Shown here in pieces: positions 36,101 through 46,700 of a stretch of DNA of 64,000 nucleotides (its first letter is position 1; every line of letters begins with the position of its first letter). The notes beneath the pieces were generated by a model. It was not told where the DNA came from. It was given only the letters and a program-made list of their open reading frames with translations, and did no database searches. The stretch spans positions 15,359,432-15,423,431 of the forward strand of contig NC_092679.1 of the NCBI RefSeq assembly GCF_964355755.1. Reading direction: 5' to 3'. Made by a program: the position numbers and the translations under genes. Origin of the DNA: Antedon mediterranea (lineage: Eukaryota; Animalia; Echinodermata).

Positions 36101-37978
36101 AAATTCGGTAAATCGCGCCTTACTTCTAGAATCTTTACTCGATGGTATATAAAGTTGATTCGTACTTTCGGTACTGATTTTAACCACCTGATGTAACCCT
36201 GTTTACTAATTAAATTAAGTTAGATAATTAGTTATTGACGATTAAAACGAATTTAGGTTCAACGATTTGCCCCAAATAGGGGTGTTTTCCGATTGTGGTA
36301 TACACTGTCTAATGGATGTCCATCTTGCAAAATACCCGCCACAAAAATGCGAGGAGGCTTCGCATTTTCCTATCTCCTCCTACGATAATTGTTTTTAATA
36401 GTTGAAAACCGGTTGAACAGCTAGAGTACACCATCATAATGTTGAAGACAGACCGATTTTCTTTAAAAAATACTATTTTGATAGATTTAATATACGATTA
36501 TACAAATGTATTGATTTGCGATGAATGGAACATCCCAATCTCTCAGTCTGCCAGAGTTTGGTTTAACACAAGTAGGTAAATTTATGAGCCCTTGGTTTAA
36601 CACATACGGTAGGTAAATATATGGGCCCTTTGAGAATAAACTTGGCCCTGTTCAGACCCATGGCGTTATTTTATTTGACTTATTTTATACTGTAAATACC
36701 TATTAACTATTTTTAGTCCTCATTTGAATCGAACATTTCTTACTGTGAATGTTCGTACTGTTAGATGTAATATAAAAATATATACAGATAAACTTTATTA
36801 CCGAGATTGTGGATAAGATCTACTGTTAGATATATAAACACATTATTATATACAAATAAACTTTATACTGACAGTTCCTTCTCAACGTTTGTATTAATTA
36901 ATAATTACCAATAAAATAAACGTCGTAGTGGTGTATCGTGACACGTACTTTAATATTTCAATCACTTATGACAGTGACAGTTTTAACAAAGTATTAAATC
37001 GCAAATGTTTTACTGTATTTAGAGGTATATTATTTATAGGCCTATAAAACACGAAAAAAATATTTCGTTACTGAGTTGATAAAGAATATATTGAAAAATT
37101 GTTCCTCTTTGTACCTATCCGCTTTCCCATCCCTCAACCCTAATATAAAAAAAAACCCATACAAAACACAAATTGGGATTCTTTAAATCAGTCCAAATCA
37201 AAAATTTTGACTCATTTTGTGATAAGTTTCTCCTTCGGAAGTAATTCCCAGGGTGCTAATTTTAGTTGACTGCATAAATCATCGTGTCTATTTATTCGTT
37301 TCTGTAAACGACAATGTATTATAGTCCTGCGGTACGTACATTTGAAATCGCCAGTTTTGTTACGCTGAAATTACTGTGTATTCGAGAACCATCTGCTGTG
37401 GGCACGACCTAGATGGTACGCGAGCGAAGCGAGCGTACCATCTATTTATTTTTTATTTATTCATAAAAAATAAATAGATGGTGCCAACGACCTTCACAAC
37501 CAAAATATTTCTTTGTAACAACATTTATTTTAAATGGAACGCTACAAAAATAATCCTCCGCTTCATTACTGTATGAATACCTAATAACCAGACAAGAACG
37601 TATTTTTGTTACGTTTTACTATCAATCCATTTTCATATCACGCAATCCATTTTTCAACAATATAGTAGTATAATAATAACATTTTGATTGAATAATGAGG
37701 GATTAGTTACAGTGTTGACTTTGAATAAACCATTGGTTTACTTTACTTACTATTACTAAAAATCCAAAATAAACGAATGTGTTATAATACACTAAACAAA
37801 ATTATCAAAGAAATGCTCTACTACACATGAGAAATAGATGTCGGTGGATAAACTTCTGACGACTAAAACAACGAAAATCAGCTAAATGTATTCGTGATTT
37901 TATTTCATCTCTGGCTTGTTACATTATCATGACACATTACCGGACTTCACCCTCCTCTCGCAATGAACGGCAGTACAG

Positions 37979-38011
<33 letters not shown>

Positions 38012-40756
38012 AATAATCGATTTGTCCATAATTATTGCGTTTTGGGTTTTTCATAATATTGGCCAATTTTTAGGCCAAATCATAATTGTGCGTATACAGT
38101 AGTATTGTATTTCCGATGCGTGTAGTACCCTATTTATTTTCACTACCGTGCGTCCGGGTAAATATTAGGCCGAATTTCCGTAGTAATTTATGGACTTTCC
38201 GAAAGTTGAACCGTGTTATCAGAGCAAAGTTTGCTTCTTTCTGCAAATGCCCTATCTTTAATTTCTTTGTTTTATTTTGGAGTGTGTTTTAAACAACACT
38301 TTTGTAAAGTTTATAGTGGATAAATAAAAATGAATTTGGAAATTGTGGTTTTAACATCTGATTTTTAGTAGCATTTAATTCAAAATAATACAATTTAACG
38401 TTTTTCTCAATATATTTATAGCAGCAGCTTCATATTTATTGTATAATTTTTTAAAATTATTAATTGATAATTAATTTACATTAATTGAGTACAGTTATTA
38501 GAATGTATTTTACCGTACCAGAAGTACCTTCATCGGGGACTTCCCTGTGACGTTCGCATTGAACGAAAAAATTGTTATCCTATATTGTTAGTCGCGTATG
38601 TTTTATTACCGGCGGAATAATATAGGCTACAATCCTCTGTTTGCTACAATGAGTGACATTTTCGGGGAACTAGAGGTGCAATTTATCATGTATTTTACAT
38701 GCGCGAGTACCATTTGCGGCCATCAGGAGTGTAACAATTTTTCAAATACTCAGTGTCTACAGCCCTGGAGTCTTTGGGCAACCCTCTTAAAATAGTCCTG
38801 CGACCGCCCTTGGAAAGAATGTATTTGTTTTAACTTCCAGTACGTTTATTTTATTTTATAGTATAAGACAGTTAATGTAAAAAGCTGTAGAAATTATAAG
38901 ATACTAACCTGTACACAACCATCTAAAATTCGAATAAAAATTAACAGATAATAGTTAAACCCCGCAGCCCATGGTATCAAGACAGTAAGTAAACTTGAGC
39001 ATAGAAGAACTCCAACCATGGATCGTTTTCCACCAATCTGGCGAGCTAACCAACCTCCTGGTATTGGTGTTACAGCATTGCCGTAATAAAATGCAGCCAG
39101 TACTGTTTGTTTTTGTCGTTCATTCCAGTCATATCTAGGTATCTGTTGTACAGATAAGTCAATTAGTGAATAATGTGACAAAAGTAAAAAAACCCAAGAA
39201 AAAAGAGTTTTAAAAAAACACAATTTCGTGAAGAAAACAATGTTTTCTTCAAATAGTTCGCCATGAGCAGAAAGCCTATATAAAAACATTTTTGTCATTG
39301 TCTTTTTACTAAATAAAGCAAATTCCGTATAGATATGGCCCTAGTATGAACTGTAGTGAGTCGAAAATATTAAATAAATTCATTACTTTGATTGCTCTTC
39401 ACCACCCGATGTTCTGTACCGTACTAGATCTCCACATAGCATAGTTTGTTCAGTATTGAATTGAAATTTATATTTATACTGGGTATAAAGCAAATTATAA
39501 TATAATAGAACCGTGTCACATTATGTATCAATGTTGCGCGTGATGTTTAGGTTTGGGTTGGTCTCACTGTATGGCATAGGTGTCATGATGTGAAACTGTA
39601 TTATCTTTTTTTTTTTTTTTTTTTTATTTCGACCGCGATTTTTGTCTGAAAATACAGACTTGTGAAACACGTATAGAAATCGATTTGCAGACCGCAAACA
39701 TCCGATAAGAATGACATAGGTTATCATACCGTATTTGGCTTTATGGGGCGGGCGGTATGTAAATATGGATTTCGAATCAACCAATGATCATTTTGTTTCA
39801 AAATGAAAAAGATCGAGACGTACGTACAGTGCTGAATGTACGATCGAGACTGTTGAAATATAAAATCGTAATGCCAAGTTTTGTTTATTAATTGTTTAGT
39901 CCTTGGCCTAGGCCTCTTTCGTAGGTCCCACTCAACTCGCACGTATGACCTGCCAAATAAAACGCCAATAAAGTAGCCCTACATAGGCCTACCACCACCG
40001 CCGGCACACAAAACAGGGCTACACCACCACACAGAACAGGACAGGGTCTGGGTGGGAATTAAATCAAAATTATCTCCGCGTAATAAATGATCCATTAAAT
40101 GTTTGATTTGCGGAGAAGGAGAAGCTAGCCTATCATATCAAGACGAGTTTTCATGTTCTTAGAAAAAATCCCATCAAATGTTTATCAGACTACTAGGCAT
40201 ATAACATAATTTCTAGCCTTCAGAAACTTTCATAAATGTACCGAAGTACACATTGTCTAAACGTAACATAGCGCATGCGCATCATCTTAGTTGTTGAGTC
40301 TTCGGAAATTCTGAAATATGAATATTAAAACGGTGTACGAGTGAGTAGCCAATCGCATGCAGCTGAAACTAGTCAACCGGATAATCGTATGCACCAAGAA
40401 TTCTTGGTGTCAAACCACGTGACTTGTGCGTGTTTCCACAGACGGAGTATCCAAAATCAAGTAGTATACGTATGAAACGCCATATGTGCCAAAATATTTA
40501 TCTTTTTACTAATATTAAGACAAAACTCCGTCTGGAACCCAGACTAATTCGTTGTATAATAGTGATTAGACCTACTTACCTCTGTCACAAGTTCATCGGT
40601 TTTGTGATTAGACCTCATATTATCAGTTAAATTCTGATATGCTGTTGAATTCTCTCTTCTTACCATTTCGATAATTGCAAAACTAATATTAATTCGTAGA
40701 GACAATACGCAAATACCAGCCAAACAGCACATACTAGCCACAATATACCTCTTCAT
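30190..40756 (-). CDS. SLC17A5-like: SLC17 family (sialin-like) transporter, paralog 2; 9 exons, ~464 aa
   Basis: Exons 40756-40580, 39142-38909, 35146-35059, 34615-34529, 34175-34054, 31560-31411, 31286-31154, 30858-30617, 30351-30190. Same exon sizes and phases as paralog 1, GT-AG, no stops; ~18 aa differences by manual count. Confidence 0.9.
32264..33745 (-). mobile_element. HINE/Helentron-type non-autonomous element in intron 5 of paralog 2
   Basis: Terminal hairpin TAGGTGATCATTT..AAATGATCACCTA with (TAT)n. The other end has a TAGGTGATCATT subterminal repeat and an AATTCGTCA..TGACGAATT hairpin. No TSD; absent in paralog 1 (~7826). Confidence 0.78.
34648..34826. mobile_element. PIF/Harbinger-type MITE in intron 3 of paralog 2
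   Basis: AGCTTGGTTCCCACTAG ... CTAGTGGGAACCACGCT with TAA TSD; absent in paralog 1 (~9151). Confidence 0.85.
35827..38812. mobile_element. hAT5-like non-autonomous element (5-bp TSD) carrying a nested Helitron
   Basis: CAGCGGCGG ... CCGCCCTTG termini; TSD GAAAG (35822-35826/38813-38817); single GAAAG at the empty site in paralog 1 (12063-12067). Confidence 0.82.
36075..37445 (+). mobile_element. Non-autonomous Helitron, copy 2
   Basis: Reverse-complement homolog of 24401-25882: TCTATATATAAATTTACGTAAGGGC ... CGCGAGCGAAGCGAGCGTACCATCTA(T). Confidence 0.88.
39604..40546. mobile_element. Partial DNA-transposon-like insertion in intron 1 of paralog 2 (one TAGT-type end)
   Basis: The right end is CTCCGTCTGGAACCCAGACTA. 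Segment 40455-40518 recurs inverted at ~47345-47404. Absent in paralog 1. Confidence 0.5.
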
Positions 40757-41194
40757 GTTAATACTGTTACTGCAGTACGTCCTTCTATATCGGCAATTTA
40801 AAACTTACCTTTTTCAAGTGACATGAACCGTGGTTATTCTTTGATCACTACTAAATACAATAAAAGGCAAGAAATAACTCTTAGTTGAATTGAAAAGACT
40901 GATTAAGCTACTGACGTAGAGCGATAGCCTATTGTTATTGTAAACAATTTCATTTTTTCTGCTCATTGTTTGTGTCTCGCAGATCTCTAAAACGGCGAAA
41001 GAAGTTCAGCTGTAACTCGACCACTAGGTGCACGTATATTACAGCACGTTTCAGGACATTTTAAGCATTTCACACACGGCTTAGAGAAAGACCAATTTTG
41101 CACTTAATATTTGTATACATATATATAATTCCAACGTACCACGCCGAGAATGTTAGAGAGTCGCTACCGAATCGAGTTCGAACAATACCATGAA

Positions 41195-41258
41195 GGCCCC
41201 AGTGGTCTAATGGTTAGGACATCTGCATATCAAGCAGGCGGTCCGAGTTCGAGCCTCG
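41195..41258 (+). pseudogene. tRNA-derived sequence (Asp-like anticodon ATC) within a (TA)n-flanked insertion; not a functional tRNA
   Basis: A box TGGTCTAATGG, anticodon arm TCTGC-ATATCAA-GCAGG, T arm CCGAG-TTCGAGC-CTCG, then a T5 run. The 3' acceptor strand is missing. Confidence 0.7.
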
Positions 41259-41505
41259 CTTTTTCTCATTCTCACAGATTTCCTCATCTTTATCGTTTCA
41301 AATTAATTATATAAATTTCAGTATATCACCGGGCAGTTTAGAATTAATGTTCTTTGCCTGTTGTGTTTATATATATAATTATATATAAACAAATCAGGCA
41401 AAGAACAGTAATTCATATATATATATATAAATCAAAGAGCTGCATAGGCAGGATATAGAAAAAAATCAAGATCAAATAAGTTAAAACTGCCTCAATATAG
41501 ATTTA

Positions 41506-41548
41506 TTTTAACGACATGTTTCGGGCATAGCCCATCATCAGGTGAAAA
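41506..41548 (-). ncRNA. Minimal type I hammerhead ribozyme motif (Penelope-like/retrozyme type)
   Basis: Minus strand TTTTCAC-CTGATGA-T-GGGC-TAT-GCCC-GAAAC-AT-GTC-GTTAAAA. It has the intact CUGAUGA/GAAA core, a 4-bp stem II, a palindromic ACAUGU mini stem III, a GUC cleavage site, and stem I with one mismatch. Confidence 0.8.
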
Positions 41549-42111
41549 GAATTGTAACAATATATATATATAAACACAGCAGGCAAAGAACATTAATATA
41601 TATACCTTTTAGAAAAGTTCCTTTCATTATAACACGTTAAACTTTTATAATCGTGCGCTTGAAAATGGATCATCTTATGGATGCATGATGTGTAAAAATA
41701 TGCCTAGTATTTTTTCATTCAATTTTCTATTACTAAAACGATTCTCTTTCAGACAAAACTTTTTTTAAATTTTAAACGGTCATCATATTCAAACAATTGA
41801 ATAAACGTGAGTGGTGGAAAATAAAAACTAACCGTCCACTAAACCATTTAGGCTACAATGCCAATACTTTCAACAGTTGACGACGCTTGTTGAACAGTTT
41901 TCACCGATGCTATGCTGTTCGTACCAAAGATTGTATAGCGCCGCTACGCGCCCTGTAAATATCATGGGCGCCATTATTCGGGCGGATAAACTTCTATTTC
42001 GATTTAAAATGTAAATGGTTTAAATTTTGCGCTACGCCTCGAAGTATCTGTGGTTAACCATCTCGAGGGTGGATTCATGGAAAGAGAAGAAATTATGTAA
42101 ATAGGCCTATA

Positions 42112-42560
42112 GCCTACGGCCATACTGCGTTGAAACACCGGTTCTCGTCAGATCACCGAAGTTAAGCAACCCAGTTGCTTTCTGGATGGGAGACCGTCTA
42201 GAAATAGCGGCGGGTGCTGTATATGCCGAAGAGTGATGGTGTAATGGTAATATCGGACTAGCATGTGATAGGCATGCGTTCGAGGTTATCTGTATCCATA
42301 CTAATTGCATCCTTAGGCAAGATGCTTTACTCTCATTGCCTCGTCCTCCGGGTGAGATGTAAAGCCGTTGGTCCCGTGTACTTAACAGTGCACGTTAAAG
42401 AACTTGGTACACTATTCGAAAAAGAGTAGGGGATCGTCTCCAAGTGTGCTGATCTGGTAGGCGCTGCACTGCTGGCATACCGTGGGTCCATGGAGGGCCT
42501 AATCTGAATGTCCTCAGTTTCCAGAATTTAACATTTAGGCCTAAACAAAGTAAGTAAATA
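42112..42560 (+). mobile_element. Chimeric 5S rRNA + tRNA + Deu(Nin)-domain SINE (AmnSINE1/SINE3-like architecture)
   Basis: 42112-42221 is 5S-like (GCCTACGGCCATAC...GATCACCGAAGTTAAGC...TGGATGGGAGACC...GGTGCTGTA). ~42230-42290 has tRNA-like A/B boxes. Then TCCTTAGGCAAG and TGAGATGTAAAGCCG...GGTCCC...CACGTTAAAGA...GGTACACTATTCGAAAAAGAGTAGGGG, resembling the Deu core. Confidence 0.75.
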
Positions 42561-43774
42561 AAGTTCTTTTTGGATCTAGGCACTTTCCGATTAATTAGGC
42601 ATATGTGTGTTTACATTGATACTTGGTTAGACAACGGTATTGCCTTATTCTGGTTTAAATTTGTCCGCCGGAATGACGTCCATGGGATTACAGTTATCTA
42701 TAGCCTACAATCTTTGGTTCGTACAAACGTTGTATTACAGCCTACTGTACGATGCGTTGCGATAGCCTAACTCGTCATCGTGACGTTAAATCTAGTTAAT
42801 CATAGTATTCTAATATAAGAAAAGTTTGACCATACCAAATAAACCTTCATATATATATATCATATAAAAAAATCATAAACATGAAAGATCCAGTAAGCTA
42901 TCTGCATATCAAGTAGACAATGATAACTTCATTGTGCATATAAATGACAAAAGAACCACTTATAACAGGACATTTTATTGTAGTGAGAAATAATATGCAT
43001 CAAGGCCACCATTTCTGCCGAGTTACCGACATTTATATTTTAATGATTATTTGGTAGAGGCATGGACTCCCAACAGACTATACAGTATCTCGAAAATTGA
43101 TTTTAAGTGCGACAATATTCCGGGAATGTCGTATAATTCAGCAGAAGTAACACTTACGGTTCTGCTTTCAAAACCAAATACTTAACGAAATTGTAAATCT
43201 TTAATTAAATTCAAGTATTCATATAAATAATAACAATTGTCATTGATGTTTAGCATATAGGTAGGCCTATAGGTATACTTTGAGATGCAGTATTTTTATC
43301 AATTAGATGGCTTTAATATCATCAACACACTAAACTATAAGTGTGAAAAAAGTTGTTATTTGATGGTCCATCATCGTCTACGCTTGGAAAAGTTTTAGCA
43401 TTCTTTAAAGATCTTTAGATCTTGTTGAATCGATATTCCAATTGTTTTAGGTTTCTCTTGGCTGATAACAAATCTTAAAATTGTACAATAATATGTATTT
43501 GTCTCTTGCAAACGCACTCACTTGCTCACTGAACGTAAATGTTGGCTGATAAAAAATTTTCTTGATACAATTTTTACAATAGGCATGAAAAACAGATAAG
43601 TATATAAATTAATTCATTATACTTTTCCAAAACGTAGGTTTGATGCTTGTGTGCTTCTTTTACGGGATGTATCAGTGAGATTGCATACTTCTAGAGTAAA
43701 AATAGTCTCCAATCGAGATGATTTTTACTAATTCTTATGGAATCCAAATCTGCTAAGAACTTGCTTAGAGTATT

Positions 43775-46700
43775 TTATTCAATAGTCCGGTAAGTGCTCA
43801 TTTCATGCTTAGTTAACTTTTCATCTTCAGAGCTTGTCTGTTCTTCCGAGCGTCCAAATAACAGAAAGGAAGACATTCCAACGAGTGTTGTTCCAGCAGT
43901 TATGTTGAACATCAAAGACCATTGCTTGAATGTATTCTGAAAGTGGACAGTGGACATACTGTAATTATACCTCCTAACTGATAGTTTACATTTTACCAAA
44001 AAGCTCCGAAGCTTAATTTCTAAGATAAAAAGATCAATTCAAGTCAGGTCTCGAACAGGCATGGGCCGACCACCACTTAAAATTTGCGCCGTATTCGAGA
44101 TATGATGTCATTTTCAAGAGGGGTTTATAGGCATAGTCTAGACTTGATTCCGGATCCAGTAGATACTGAGCTCCGGAAACAAGTAAACCAGTAAGTGAAT
44201 TTATTAGTATGGTTTCGATTAGTTAATCGTGTTGCGCATCACACAAAGTAGATACTAATACGCATGCGCATAATTGATTTCGTTTATTATTTACAAAATG
44301 ATTAAAACATGAATTAAATAATAAAATATACAATCAATACGTACATTGTCTACAGTGAATGCTCCTAACATCATTGGACCAATAAAGCAGGCGGGGCTTG
44401 CCAGTGATGTCACAATCCCTGCAATAACCCCTGAATGACCTTTAGATATTTCCATTATACTCGGCATGACACTTGATGTGTAAATTCCTAGAAAAATAAA
44501 CGCTAAAGCAAGAAAAACCACTGAGGCCGCTGGGCTGTCTTTGAAAAATCCAATACAAATCAGACACAATGAAGGTATTGCCAAAGCTGAAAAGAAGTAA
44601 TCCGTAATAAAGTTAATGTTTGTTGATATATCGCCTGAATGAAACAACATTACCATAGCCATGTGATACGATTTCAGCCAATCAAATTATACATAAATAA
44701 AGGTATGTTATGAAAAAGTATAGTGTACATAGGCCTTATATGTTCTTACTAAGAAATAAAAACAACTTCCGTGTGTTCAAGAGTGTCAGATATTTACGCT
44801 GGATAATAAAGTCTGCACATATTCCAGATGTTTGACAGATCAGTAACTGCGAAAGTCCTATAATTGATACAAATAAGCCAGTCTACGAAAAAAAAAATGC
44901 ATGTCACCAACAAGGTGAAATATATATTTACTGACTAATGGCCAACCACTGCTGCAAAATACAATTATTCAAAGTTTTGGCTTCAAACAAATAGAAAACG
45001 TCCTATCACTGCCATATGATCAACCTCTACCAGACATTGTGATACCACTACCGACCAATATGGCCTACCCCTTATCCAATCTGCAACCACTAGCGCAATA
45101 CCAACCACTACGCCTACCAAATCCACACACGACCAACCTCTACCAGGTGACATACGGCCTATCACCACATGGCCAACACGACCACTATACAATTTACCAG
45201 TTTTACAAAACAGTAAGAATCAACCTCAACCACATACGGCTCACCACCACATGACCTATTTACATGATCACTACAATTGGCCAGTTTTTAAAAAGCGGTA
45301 AAAATCAACATCAACCACATACCGGCCTAACACGACCACTACAATTTGCCAGTTTTTACAAAGCGGTAAAAATCAACATCAACCAAATACTGGCCTAACA
45401 CGGCCACTAAGTAACAATTGGGCAGTTTTTACAAAGCGGTAAAAATCAACATCAACCACATACCGGCCTAACACGGCCACTACAATTGGGCAGTTTTTAC
45501 AAAGCGGTAAGAATAATTATGTCGCTTACTGTTTTCAGGTTATAGCCCAAAATTCCATTTATAAAAGTTGGTGACTCGGTAAGAAGGAAAACAAGAATGA
45601 ATACAAAACCCCAATACATAATGACTGCAACCCATACTGCGGAAGATGTCAATACCTTGACCCATTCGATTGGTGTATTCTAACATAAAGACAAAGAAGA
45701 TATTTTATGTCAAGATGTCATACATTACTGTTAGTTTAAACAAGACGGATGGGAAATAATACCTTTAATTCATCACGTTGGTTGTAAAAAAACCTTTTAT
45801 AAAATAAATTACCGTACACTTTTGTATATCGTACTCGTCATATTGGGTTTTTTTCATTAATAAATTGTTCAATGTTTTATTATCTGGGTTAGAATTGAAA
45901 AAAATTTGAGGTTTACCGTTTTCGTGACAAAATGGTACATTTTTAATCATTTTATTATTGCAGATTTAATCGTTTGCCTTGAGCAATATTAGTTGCCTTT
46001 ATTGTTTGTTTTGGTTCGTCATCAGAGTTACTTTTATTAATAATTATTATACAAATAAAATGTTTATGAGTTGTAATTTCATCGCTAAACCAGTCATAAC
46101 AATAACATTGGCGACGAAAGTGCAAAATGTTCAAAATCAATAGAATAAAAAAATATTTTCCAAACGCAAACAGATTTTTTTTTTTTGTACACGAAAACAA
46201 GTACCGGTACTATCAAAATATCGTTTAATAGTGCGTGTTATTGCACGCCATGTGACCCACAATCGTCCAATCAAATGACAGGAATTGTGTAGGTGTTATA
46301 TAATATATCATAATACTCGTACCTGTTCAGACGTTTCAAAACTGTTAATGTATTCACGTTCTGCATTTGAAATATATGGATCTTTATCTGGTTTCTCATA
46401 AATAAAAACCATCCATATTATTGCTACAAAAACTGATAACATACCTACAAAAATAATAATTCTTTAATACATTCTAAGAAAATCATCGAGATCATTCTCC
46501 GCCATGATTTTGCTAAACTTTTGCAATGCTATGGCGTCATATGTCCACTCGTACTCGTGTCAGAAAGCGAACGGCAAAATGCCAATGAACAAGTTCTCAT
46601 ATTTGGCAGCCGACGTGCCAGACAACTTGCGCATGTTCATATCATAAAATGACGTCATATGGTAGCAGCCGACATAGTGGACGTGCAACTCTAAAAGTCT

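Larger units (their letters stand above)
29940..41760. repeat. Segmental duplication partner of ~1893-14900 (whole gene plus flanks)
   Basis: Collinear high similarity through introns, 3' flank and ~1 kb of 5' flank, apart from copy-specific insertions. Confidence 0.9.

Noticed and set aside
41195-41258. Functional tRNA-Asp gene
   Set aside because: The 3' acceptor-stem strand is missing, the anticodon loop is atypical, and it lies in a copy-specific insertion.
29940-41760. Paralogs 1 and 2 as an uncollapsed haplotype artefact
   Set aside because: Judged unlikely: the block has discrete breakpoints with unrelated flanks, many copy-specific TE insertions and ~18 aa differences. Read depth would be needed to exclude it fully in a highly heterozygous genome.
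42112-42221. Functional 5S rRNA gene
   Set aside because: It is single, has an internal deletion and substitutions, lacks a T-run terminator, and is fused to a SINE body.
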